From the IMG/VR virus record IMGVR_UViG_2862281513_000001, positions 1 to 64,000 of that record: a stretch of 64,000 bases of DNA. One strand, written 5' to 3'. How positions within the stretch are numbered: position 1 is the stretch's first letter; each line of letters opens with the position of its first letter. The notes below the pieces were generated by a model that saw only the letters and a list, made by a program, of their open reading frames with translations, searched no databases and had not been told where the DNA came from. This document shows, in pieces, positions 18,086-25,948 of the stretch. Source of the DNA: a virus. Its lineage: Duplodnaviria; Caudoviricetes. Both the position numbers and the translations under genes were made by a program.

Positions 18086-18790
18086 TCAGGACGCCAGGCA
18101 GAGGCCGCCGGTGACCGGGGTGTACTCGCAGACCGGCTCGGGCGGCGCCACCGTCGTGACGAACGTACGGCGGTGGCAGGTCGCGCCGAGCGGCGTGAGC
18201 AGCGGGCCCGGGGTGCCGGCCGCGTCCGTTGCCATGACGTCGTACGGGCCGACGCCCCAGCCGCCACCGGCCCGGGTCGCGCCGGTCAGCTGGAGCGTGA
18301 CCGCCTCGCTGCCCACCTCCAGGTCGCCGAGGATGCCGTTGGTGACCCACGGCAGCAGGAAGTAGATCCACGCGCCGTCACCGGTGCCGTCGGCGGCGCA
18401 GGCGTCGGAGCCGAGGACCTCCGCCCAGAGTTCGAGGGCGAAACCAGAGTTGCACTGGAGCGAGCAGTCGTCGTAGCCGATCGGCCGGCCCGCGTAGTCG
18501 TAGACGACGGGGTTACCGGTCGTGATCTCCAGGAACTCCGGGGAGACGCTGAAGAAGTTGACCTCCACGTCGTAGCCGTTGAATGTAGGACAACCGCGCT
18601 TGAAGCCGCACTGGCGGCCGTTGGCGGCCTTGTAGGTCACGTCGTCGCCGTCGTCGGTGTTCGGGTTCATCGCGACGCTCGCCAGGCAGTCGAAGACGAA
18701 TCCGTTGTCCTCGCCGCAGACGGGCCGTCCACAGGCGTCGACTCGGGTCACGCGGACCGTGTCGAGGTTGGCGATCAGGGGACAGGTCAC
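18086..18790 (-). CDS. Major tail protein
   Basis: VRVTRVDACG, KAANGRQC, FALELW and WGVGPYDV motifs; size and position fit. Confidence 0.75.
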   Translation of the reverse strand: MTCPLIANLDTVRVTRVDACGRPVCGEDNGFVFDCLASVAMNPNTDDGDDVTYKAANGRQCGFKRGCPTFNGYDVEVNFFSVSPEFLEITTGNPVVYDYAGRPIGYDDCSLQCNSGFALELWAEVLGSDACAADGTGDGAWIYFLLPWVTNGILGDLEVGSEAVTLQLTGATRAGGGWGVGPYDVMATDAAGTPGPLLTPLGATCHRRTFVTTVAPPEPVCEYTPVTGGLCLAS

Positions 18791-18822
18791 TGGGGCCCTC
18801 CAGCACGAAGCGTGCAGTGGCT

Positions 18823-18887
18823 CGGCCCACAACCAGCAGCGAACGTGTGAAGCGCCCGGCCTAGCGCCAGCGGCTGCGACCAGCATA
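18823..18887 (-). promoter_or_regulatory. Tandem late leader motif copies 6 and 7 with -10 TATGCT
   Basis: GCCGCTGGCGCTAGGCCG (18874-18857) and GCTGCTGGTTGTGGGCCG (18840-18823); downstream hairpin covers GGAGG. Confidence 0.8.
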
Positions 18888-18917
18888 GCCAGGAGACCCG
18901 CCTCGAACACCGCTGGC

Positions 18918-20897
18918 TTACGCCTGGTCAGGAAGCCGCCGTGAACGCCCGACGAGATCCGTGATCGCGTCGACCCACAACTTCAGCTCCTCGCGGGCCT
19001 GGTCGGCGAGGAACGCGCTGCGCGCCCGAGCTGCCATCGACGCCTTCCGGTAGCTGTCGCCACCGGCGTGCAGCTCGGAGACGGCTTCCACCCAGGCGGG
19101 CGGGTCCCAGCGGTCCAGGAACAGCGCGCCGTCACCGAGGGCCTCTTGCAGTCCGGGCGTGGGGTGGGCGATGACCGGGATGCCCGAGGCGAGCGCCTCG
19201 ACGGCGGCCATGCCGTACGACTCGTAGATGCTCGGGGCGAGCAGGATGCGTGTGCGTGCCCACACGTCGCCGCGCATGTCCGACGTCTGCCCGATGATCT
19301 GGGCGTTCGGCGGGTGCGGGGCGAGGATCTGCGGGCCGTGGGAGCCGGTGACGCCGAGGAACGGCACCGTCGGAAGGGCTTCGGCGACCGCGTGCCATGT
19401 GTCGACGCCCTTGTCCCGGTTGAGGTTGACCAGGGTGACGTGCTCGCCGGTCACCGGCGCACGGTGCTCGTCCGCGATGACTGGCGGATGCACGACCAGG
19501 CGCGGCACCCGGCCCACTTCCGGGTAGCGGGGCGCAAGGGACGCGACGACCCAGGCCGTGTTGTAGACGCACAGGTCCGGCAGCAACCGCAGCGCGCGGG
19601 CGTTGGTGTCGAAGTCGGAGTGCAGCAGCAGTACGGAGCGGGCTCGCAGCCGGCGTCCGAGGATCAGCGCCCGCTCGGCGAACCCGTGGTGAGAGACCAT
19701 CACCTTCGGCCGCAGGGACCGCAGCAGGGCGGGCGCGGCCGTCGGGTCGGCCTTGCGGTGAGGGACACCGTCCACCTCCCACTGCGGGGGCGCCTCGGGC
19801 ATCTGGGAGGCGACGACGAGGACGTTCATACCGGCCTCGTGCAGGGCCCGCATCATCGTCTGGAGCATCGTTTCTGACCCGGCCCGCCGGTACGGGACGC
19901 TGTAGTGCACCCACGCCACCACGTCGGCACGGGCCGGTTTCCGGGGTGCGCGTGCTGGGGCGGGGCGGTCCTTCTTGATGTCCTCGCAGACGGCTGTGAA
20001 GGCCCGCAGCCTGTCCGCGTGGTCGAGGCCTGCGGTGTGTGCTCGGGCCGCGGCCGCCGCCGCGGCGTAGGCGTCCGGGTCGGCCAGGCGCCGGATCTGC
20101 GCCGCCCACCGGTGCGGCTCATCGCGGGGCACGTAGGTGGCGGCGTCGCCGAGGGCCTCGCGGATGCCGGGAAGTGGGGCGGCGATGACGGGGATGCCGG
20201 ACAGCATGGCTTCCACACCGGCCCGCCCGTACGACTCTCGCGCCGAGGGCATCAGCAGCAGCCGTGTCCGCGCGTACAGCTCGCGCGGGTCCATCCGGTC
20301 GACCAGCTCGACGTTCGGCAGGTCCAGCGGCACCGGCCGGCCGGTCCCCCGCACGACGAGGAACCGGGTGTCGGGCAGTTCGGCGGCGACGGCGGCCAGG
20401 ACGTCGGCGCCCTTCGTGACGCTGCTGCCGTTCAGGGTGACGAGCCGGCCGGGCGTCGTCCGGTACCGGCCTGGGTCGATCGGCGGGGGCAGGACGACGG
20501 CGGGCCCCCGGTAGCCGCTGTAGTGGTCGCGGCACGCCTGGGACGGAAACCAGGCCAGCCGCGGCCTGCCGAGCTGCCGGTTGACGGACATGCCGTGCAC
20601 GAGGAGCAGATGGGGCACGCCGCGTACCTGGGTGACGATGCCGGGGGCTCGGCGATCGCCGTGGTGGGAGACGACCAGTTCGGGCCGGACCGCCTCTGCG
20701 GCCCGCCACCAGTAGCCGAACGGCCACACCCGCACACCGTCTTCGGTGCGGACGGCGGCGGGTGCGGTCGCCGTGGTGGTGACGACGTCGACCTGGTGCC
20801 CGGCCTCGACCAGGCCCCGCAGATACTCGCGGGTGGTTACGTGGGCGCCCGTCGACGGCAGGCCGCCGTAGGCGGGCAGGAAGGCTAGGACGCGCAC
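18918..20897 (-). CDS. Tandem double GT4 (GT-B) glycosyltransferase
   Basis: Two ESYG-xxxx-EA-xx-G-x-PVI motifs (ESYGRAGVEAMLSGIPVI and ESYGMAAVEALASGIPVI). Confidence 0.9.
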   Translation of the reverse strand: MRVLAFLPAYGGLPSTGAHVTTREYLRGLVEAGHQVDVVTTTATAPAAVRTEDGVRVWPFGYWWRAAEAVRPELVVSHHGDRRAPGIVTQVRGVPHLLLVHGMSVNRQLGRPRLAWFPSQACRDHYSGYRGPAVVLPPPIDPGRYRTTPGRLVTLNGSSVTKGADVLAAVAAELPDTRFLVVRGTGRPVPLDLPNVELVDRMDPRELYARTRLLLMPSARESYGRAGVEAMLSGIPVIAAPLPGIREALGDAATYVPRDEPHRWAAQIRRLADPDAYAAAAAAARAHTAGLDHADRLRAFTAVCEDIKKDRPAPARAPRKPARADVVAWVHYSVPYRRAGSETMLQTMMRALHEAGMNVLVVASQMPEAPPQWEVDGVPHRKADPTAAPALLRSLRPKVMVSHHGFAERALILGRRLRARSVLLLHSDFDTNARALRLLPDLCVYNTAWVVASLAPRYPEVGRVPRLVVHPPVIADEHRAPVTGEHVTLVNLNRDKGVDTWHAVAEALPTVPFLGVTGSHGPQILAPHPPNAQIIGQTSDMRGDVWARTRILLAPSIYESYGMAAVEALASGIPVIAHPTPGLQEALGDGALFLDRWDPPAWVEAVSELHAGGDSYRKASMAARARSAFLADQAREELKLWVDAITDLVGRSRRLPDQA

Positions 20898-20900
20898 GAC

Positions 20901-21176
20901 CTACTGACCGCCGCCGGTCGAGCCGTCGCCTACCGGCAGCTCGTCGATCGGGACGACAGGCGGCGGCGTGCCCTCGGGCGGAGGTGGTACGTCGCCGTCT
21001 GCAGCGATGAACTCGGCCGCGTTGGCGTCGGCCTCCTCACGGGCTGCGGCGATCCGCGCCTGGTACTCCTCGGCGGTGATCTCCGTCCAGTCGTCCGGCA
21101 GCGACGGGCCGGCGATCGGCCCGTCTCCGGTGGTGGCGAACGACAGCCCGTCAGGGGATGCGTAGTAGCGGGTCAT
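20901..21176 (-). CDS. Small fibre-associated (chaperone-like) protein
   Basis: WTEITAEEY motif; GGAGG RBS. Confidence 0.65.
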   Translation of the reverse strand: MTRYYASPDGLSFATTGDGPIAGPSLPDDWTEITAEEYQARIAAAREEADANAAEFIAADGDVPPPPEGTPPPVVPIDELPVGDGSTGGGQ

Positions 21177-21186
21177 CCGTCCTCCG

Positions 21187-22476
21187 TTACGCCTGCGTGG
21201 TGGTATGGATCGTGGCGTCCGACGTCCACGAGTTGATGGTGATCGTTCCGGCGATCACCCGGACCGCGCAGAAGAAGTGCAGCGCCAGGGTGCTGTTCGC
21301 GGCCCGGTCAAAGCCGGACTCCGATACGGAGCCGGCGTACCGCTCGCGCCTGGCCGTACCGAACGCCGTCAGGACGCCTTCGAGGGGCCGGATCTGGAGG
21401 GCGCCGCCGTCCTCCTGGTAGACGTAGCCGAGTTCGAACGTGGCCGTCGAGCTGGCGCTGATGTCGATCGAGGCGTGGACGTGCGAGGTGTACGACCACA
21501 GCCGGCACTCGTTACCGAGGAAGTTGGCGGGCACGTCGAACGCGACCACGGCGGCCACGCCGCCGGGCTGGAGGAATGCCCAGCCGCCGGTGGGGCCGAT
21601 GTTCGACACCACCGGGTTCATGTGCTCCTGGTAGATGTGGTCCGCCGCGGTGTAGTGCTCGGGCGGCGTCCACAGCGCGCCAGTGTTGGGGTCGCACTTC
21701 AGCGTCGAGTGGTCGACGTCTGTGCAGTCCCAGTGATCAGCCCAGGCGTCCGAACCGGCGATCGGGAACGCGCGCAGCGGATCACCGGCTGTCCCATCGC
21801 CCTGGAGGCCGCAGCCGATGACGTCCGGCGGGACGTAGAGCCGGTTGTCGGCGCCGAAGGCCAGCCGGTTGCCTGCATCGGCCGACGGCGCGACGAGAAG
21901 GCCGGACGGGGACGCTTCGACGCCGTTCTGTTCGGGCGCCACGATGACGTCACCGGAGACGACGTACGGGTCTCCGGCTGTGCCGGTACCGGTCACCGTG
22001 ACGTCCAGCGTGGTGGTGTCGGCGGCCTCCAGCGCGGTTCCGGCCGCGGCCGGGGTGTAGATCCCGCCGTCGGAGCCGATCGTCGTCTGGTTTCCCGCGT
22101 CGCCGCTGATGTCGGCCGCGATCACTCCGGTCGCCGGGTCGTAGTCGATGCCATCCCCGGCCGACAGGCAGCCGCGCACATCGGCGCACTCGACGAACAG
22201 ACCGTCAGGGCCGGACTGGAGCAGGTTCGTTCCGCCTGCGGGCGGGGAGGGGTCGACGATGACGTCCGCCGTGACCGTGTACGGGTCCCCGGCCGCGCCG
22301 GTGCCGGTGAGGCCGAGGTCGACGGTCGTGGAGTCGGCGACGGCGAGCGCTGTCGGCTCGGCGGCGTCGGCGCTGATCGTGTACGGGTTGGCCGCGCTCC
22401 CGTTACCGGTGACGGTGACGCCGGGGCCGGCGGTGACGCGGCAGTTGCACGGCGAGACGCCGCAGCACTTGGCCAT
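21187..22476 (-). CDS. Cys-rich fibre protein
   Basis: MAKCCGVSPCNC start; long segment nearly identical to 2897..4060. Confidence 0.75.
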   Translation of the reverse strand: MAKCCGVSPCNCRVTAGPGVTVTGNGSAANPYTISADAAEPTALAVADSTTVDLGLTGTGAAGDPYTVTADVIVDPSPPAGGTNLLQSGPDGLFVECADVRGCLSAGDGIDYDPATGVIAADISGDAGNQTTIGSDGGIYTPAAAGTALEAADTTTLDVTVTGTGTAGDPYVVSGDVIVAPEQNGVEASPSGLLVAPSADAGNRLAFGADNRLYVPPDVIGCGLQGDGTAGDPLRAFPIAGSDAWADHWDCTDVDHSTLKCDPNTGALWTPPEHYTAADHIYQEHMNPVVSNIGPTGGWAFLQPGGVAAVVAFDVPANFLGNECRLWSYTSHVHASIDISASSTATFELGYVYQEDGGALQIRPLEGVLTAFGTARRERYAGSVSESGFDRAANSTLALHFFCAVRVIAGTITINSWTSDATIHTTTQA

Positions 22477-22507
22477 GAGAAGGCTCCAGGTGGAGAGCAG
22501 TCCCGCC

Positions 22508-22544
22508 CGGCCCACAACCAGCGGCGTCGATGCGTTCGAGGGTG
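22508..22544 (-). promoter_or_regulatory. Late leader motif copy 8 (weak -10 CACCCT)
   Basis: GCCGCTGGTTGTGGGCCG at 22525-22508; CTCC/GGAG and GGCC/GGCC pairing over the RBS and ATG. Confidence 0.75.
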
Positions 22545-22545
22545 A

Positions 22546-22851
22546 TCAGATGCCCACTGCGTGGGCGTGCACGGTGACACCGGCGGCGGGCGAACCCACG
22601 GCCAGGACGCCGATGCCGAGAATCGTCACGCCTGCTGAGGCGAGGACATTGACGGTCGTCGCCGTCGCACTGTTGGCGGTGATGGAGTGCGAGCGGAACG
22701 CGCTGGCTCCTTGGAGGCCGACGGTGACGGCGGGAGGCGACGAGAACGCACCGGCGGGCCAGGCGAACGTGACGTTGCCTGACCCATCGGTCACGCCGGT
22801 CGCCCGCTCCACGCGGACCGTCGTCGGGCTGTAGCGTCCCGCGGTGCTCAC
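22546..22851 (-). CDS. Small beta-rich structural protein
   Basis: FAWPAGAFSSPPAVTV; adjacent to the upstream stop. Confidence 0.6.
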   Translation of the reverse strand: MSTAGRYSPTTVRVERATGVTDGSGNVTFAWPAGAFSSPPAVTVGLQGASAFRSHSITANSATATTVNVLASAGVTILGIGVLAVGSPAAGVTVHAHAVGI

Positions 22852-23325
22852 TTAGATCTCTCGGGTGCTCGTCACGAGGAAATCGGACCCGGCGACGCCG
22901 GTGAACACGAACGCGTCCTGCAGCGACTCGCCCGCGTCGCCGCCCCGGTCCACGCCCCACGTCAGGGAGGTTCCGGCCGCCACGGTGACGGCCGTGCCGC
23001 CTCCGATAGCAACGGTCGGGGATCCTGCGTAGACGACCAGGGTCACGGAGCGGGCGCCGGCCGGGATGGTGATGTTGCCCGCGCCGGTCTGCCGCTGGAT
23101 CGTGGAGTCGATCTGCGGGTTCGGCGCGGGGGCCTGCTCGGCGTCACAGCGCACCACCGTGCCCGTGGGCACGTAGGGCGTCGCGCCGTCCAGGGTGGTG
23201 TCGGTGACGACCGTCGCGCCGTCCTCGGTGCTGTAGCGCCGCAGGAAGCTGCCGGCGTCGTCGCACAGGATCTCGTACTCGTCATCGGGCGTGGCCGCTG
23301 CCACGCTTCCGCTGGTACCGGACAT
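22852..23325 (-). CDS. Short paralogue of the giant Cys-repeat proteins
   Basis: One LCDD..FLRRY..PYVPTGTV..C repeat plus the shared C-terminal SVTL..LTWGV domain. Confidence 0.7.
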   Translation of the reverse strand: MSGTSGSVAAATPDDEYEILCDDAGSFLRRYSTEDGATVVTDTTLDGATPYVPTGTVVRCDAEQAPAPNPQIDSTIQRQTGAGNITIPAGARSVTLVVYAGSPTVAIGGGTAVTVAAGTSLTWGVDRGGDAGESLQDAFVFTGVAGSDFLVTSTREI

Positions 23326-23347
23326 GGGCGGAGTCTCCTCGGTGCGG

Positions 23348-23824
23348 TCAGGCGATGCGGTTGAAACGGACCATGGTGCGGCCGATGTTGTCGGTGCCGA
23401 TGCCCGCCACCTTCGGTGTCCCGCTGGCGGCGAACCAGGCCGCTTGCAGGCGCAGGCTGGTGGGCGTGGCGACCTGGTACTCCAGGGCCGTGCTGGCGGT
23501 GCGGTTGTCGCCGCTCTCGATGGACGGCTGCCCGGCCTGGGTGATGACGCTCTGCTGGTTCACCAGGAGTTCGGAGCGCGGCACGACCACGCCGGCGGTG
23601 GCGTCGAAGAGGCGGGCGACGATCCACACGTTGGCCGGGGAGTCGATACTCAGGGCCGCTCGAACGGTGACGTCCAGGTCGTACGTGCCAGCGCTCGGGA
23701 GCTGCGCCACCAGCCCGGTGTCCGCCCAGGTGTTCGCGGCCAGCGAGGTCATGGCAAAGCCCGGCGCGGGCTGTTCGGCCAAGCCGTGCTCAAGCAGCCG
23801 GAGGGCGGCACTGGTTCCGGACAT
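23348..23824 (-). CDS. Beta-sandwich (C1q/BclA-C-like) putative decoration protein
   Basis: LPSAGTYDL..ARLFDATAG; paralogous to the next three genes. Confidence 0.6.
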   Translation of the reverse strand: MSGTSAALRLLEHGLAEQPAPGFAMTSLAANTWADTGLVAQLPSAGTYDLDVTVRAALSIDSPANVWIVARLFDATAGVVVPRSELLVNQQSVITQAGQPSIESGDNRTASTALEYQVATPTSLRLQAAWFAASGTPKVAGIGTDNIGRTMVRFNRIA

Positions 23825-23879
23825 GGAGGCCTCCGGGATCGGGAGGGGCAGGGACGTTAAGCCGTGCTGGCGGGGCCGG

Positions 23880-24353
23880 TCATGCTGCCGTGTCGTCTGG
23901 CGGGCCGAGCCAGTGGCAGGAGATGCGGGTTCGGCCGTCCGCGTTGGAGACGACGGAGGCGTTGCCGCTCGTGCCGATGCGGTAGGCCCACAACGTCACG
24001 ACGTCGCCGGCCGCGAAGGGGTGCAGGAAGCTGAGGCCGCCGGTCGCCTGCACGACGGAGCCCGCGCCGTTGGTGCCCGCGAGCATGGCCTCACTGCCGC
24101 CGATGATCACGCCGTTCTTGTAGAGCGCCGCAGAGGAGTACACGGCACCGGCGACACCTACGGGCATCTGCACGACACCTCGGGCGTTGTAGTCCACCTC
24201 CCACACCCCAGCCCGGGGGATCGTCAGCGGCGGAACCTCGGTGATCTGCTCGTAGACGCGGTCAGCGCCGGTCAGGTTGTGGGCGAAGGTGAGCGTCGAG
24301 CCCTGCGCCCAGGAGGCGTCTACGCGGTCAAGGCTCGCTGCGGTGCCGGTCAT
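23880..24353 (-). CDS. Beta-sandwich (C1q/BclA-C-like) putative decoration protein
   Basis: TIPRAGVWEV..LYKNG..AGDVVTLWAY. Confidence 0.6.
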   Translation of the reverse strand: MTGTAASLDRVDASWAQGSTLTFAHNLTGADRVYEQITEVPPLTIPRAGVWEVDYNARGVVQMPVGVAGAVYSSAALYKNGVIIGGSEAMLAGTNGAGSVVQATGGLSFLHPFAAGDVVTLWAYRIGTSGNASVVSNADGRTRISCHWLGPPDDTAA

Positions 24354-25015
24354 CAGTCGCTCACCTTCGTGAAGCCGAGGCGCGCGCCCCAGAGGGAGGA
24401 TGCGGTGGAGTCGTTGAAGCCGACGTGCGTGCGCGCGCCCTCCAGGCGGACCGAGGTCGGCCCGCTCACGGTGAGCCGGTGGTTCAGGCTGCCCGCGTTC
24501 TGCAACAGCATGTTGGCCGTGGTGCCCGCGATGTTGATGTTGGCGTACTGCACGCGCCGCTGGGAGTTGGCCAGAGCGGCGTTGAGGGTGACGTTGAACA
24601 GGCGGGCGTCGATCGCCACGGCGAACGGCGTCGTGGCGGTGATGCTGGAGAAGAAGTCGGCGGTCAGGTTGTACGTCCCGGCCTCGGGCAGCAGGACCTG
24701 CGCGCCGGTCGACACCCACGTGCCGGACGCCACCGGCTGGAGGTCCGCGCCCTGGCCCGGCCCGGTGCCGAATGCCTCCCCGCTGACCGGGGTCAGCCGC
24801 GCCCCGACCGTCCACGTCTCCGGGCACGCCCCGGCCGCGGGCGCCTGGACGTCGATGTCGACGGAGCGGTCCGTGCCGATGGCCCCGCCCGTGGCCACGC
24901 CCTGGAGGACCGCGCGCGGCACGAGGAGCCCGCTCGTCGTCTCCTGGAGCGCGTTGCACGCGGCCGGGTCGAGGCGCGGGTCGACCCGGTACGTACGTCC
25001 GCAGGGCCCGGCCAT
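24353..25015 (-). CDS. Putative decoration/fibre protein
   Basis: DPAACNAL, LPEAGTYNL and RLGFTKVSD; tandem duplicate of 25015..25701. Confidence 0.65.
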   Translation of the reverse strand: MAGPCGRTYRVDPRLDPAACNALQETTSGLLVPRAVLQGVATGGAIGTDRSVDIDVQAPAAGACPETWTVGARLTPVSGEAFGTGPGQGADLQPVASGTWVSTGAQVLLPEAGTYNLTADFFSSITATTPFAVAIDARLFNVTLNAALANSQRRVQYANINIAGTTANMLLQNAGSLNHRLTVSGPTSVRLEGARTHVGFNDSTASSLWGARLGFTKVSD

Positions 25016-25701
25016 CAGTCGCTGACCTTCTTGAAGCCGAGGCGGGAGTTCGCGGTCTGGAGGCCCGTGGTGGAGACCGGGCTCCCGCTGCTGTCGAGGC
25101 GCATGACCTCCGCGCGGATGGTGGTGGACCCGGCGGTCGTGATGAACCGGTGGAAGGTGCCCATGTCGCTGTCGCTCATGAAGCTGCCGGGGTTGTTGTC
25201 GGCGTTCTGCTGGATGGTGTACTGACTGCCGCCCACGGCGTTGCCGTTGGTGACGTTGAACAGGCGGCCCGCGATGGCGATGTTGTACGAGCCGCTTGAC
25301 GGGTTGGTGGCGATCACCGTGTGCAGGGTCGCGGTGACCTCGTAGACGCCGGCCTCCGGCAGGACGACGGACATGGTGCTGTCCACCCATGCGCCGCTCG
25401 GTGTGGCCACCAGGTCCACGAACGCCGCGAGCAGCGTCTCACCGAACACGGGCGTCAGCCTGGCCCCAACCTGCCAGTTGGCCGGGCACGCGCCGGCGGC
25501 CGGTGCGGTCACGTCCACGTCTACCGAGCGGTCCGTGCCGACCGCGCCGCCCGGGGCGATGCCCTGGAGGGCGACGGACGGGACGAGGAGACCGGCAGCG
25601 GACTCGCTCAGGGCGTTGCACGCGGCCGGGTCGACAGTGGCCGCCGAGCCAGAGCCAGAGCGGACCACCATGGTCCCGCCACCGCAGCACTTACCAGCCA
25701 T
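25015..25701 (-). CDS. Putative decoration/fibre protein
   Basis: DPAACNAL, LPEAGVYEV and RLGFKKVSD. Confidence 0.65.
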   Translation of the reverse strand: MAGKCCGGGTMVVRSGSGSAATVDPAACNALSESAAGLLVPSVALQGIAPGGAVGTDRSVDVDVTAPAAGACPANWQVGARLTPVFGETLLAAFVDLVATPSGAWVDSTMSVVLPEAGVYEVTATLHTVIATNPSSGSYNIAIAGRLFNVTNGNAVGGSQYTIQQNADNNPGSFMSDSDMGTFHRFITTAGSTTIRAEVMRLDSSGSPVSTTGLQTANSRLGFKKVSD

Positions 25702-25883
25702 CAGGCACCTTCCTGGGTCAGGGTGTCGGCGGTGGGCAGGGCGGCCAGGTAGGCGGCCTCGTCCACCTCCTCGTATCCGAGTTCTGCGTAGGGCGCGGCG
25801 TCTCGGAGGTTGTAGATGACCTGGACGCCCTCGCCCTCCTTCGTGAAGTAGCGGGGGTTCGGGGTGGGCTGCTCGTCGCTCAT
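25701..25883 (-). CDS. Small chaperone-like protein
   Basis: GAGGAG RBS; GYEEVDEAAY resembles the EITAEEY family. Confidence 0.6.
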   Translation of the reverse strand: MSDEQPTPNPRYFTKEGEGVQVIYNLRDAAPYAELGYEEVDEAAYLAALPTADTLTQEGA

Positions 25884-25948
25884 GACGGCTCGTCTCCTCG
25901 GGCTGGAGGGGCCGCCGCCCAGGCGCGGGCGGCGGCCCCTGGGGCGGG

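Noticed and set aside
8010-18790. Contractile injection system or tailocin
   Set aside because: No sheath or baseplate wedge genes; capsid, portal and terminase are present
23861-23907. GCTGGCGGGGCCGG as an inverted copy of the late motif
   Set aside because: Wrong internal spacing; better explained as a local imperfect duplication of the adjacent gene end
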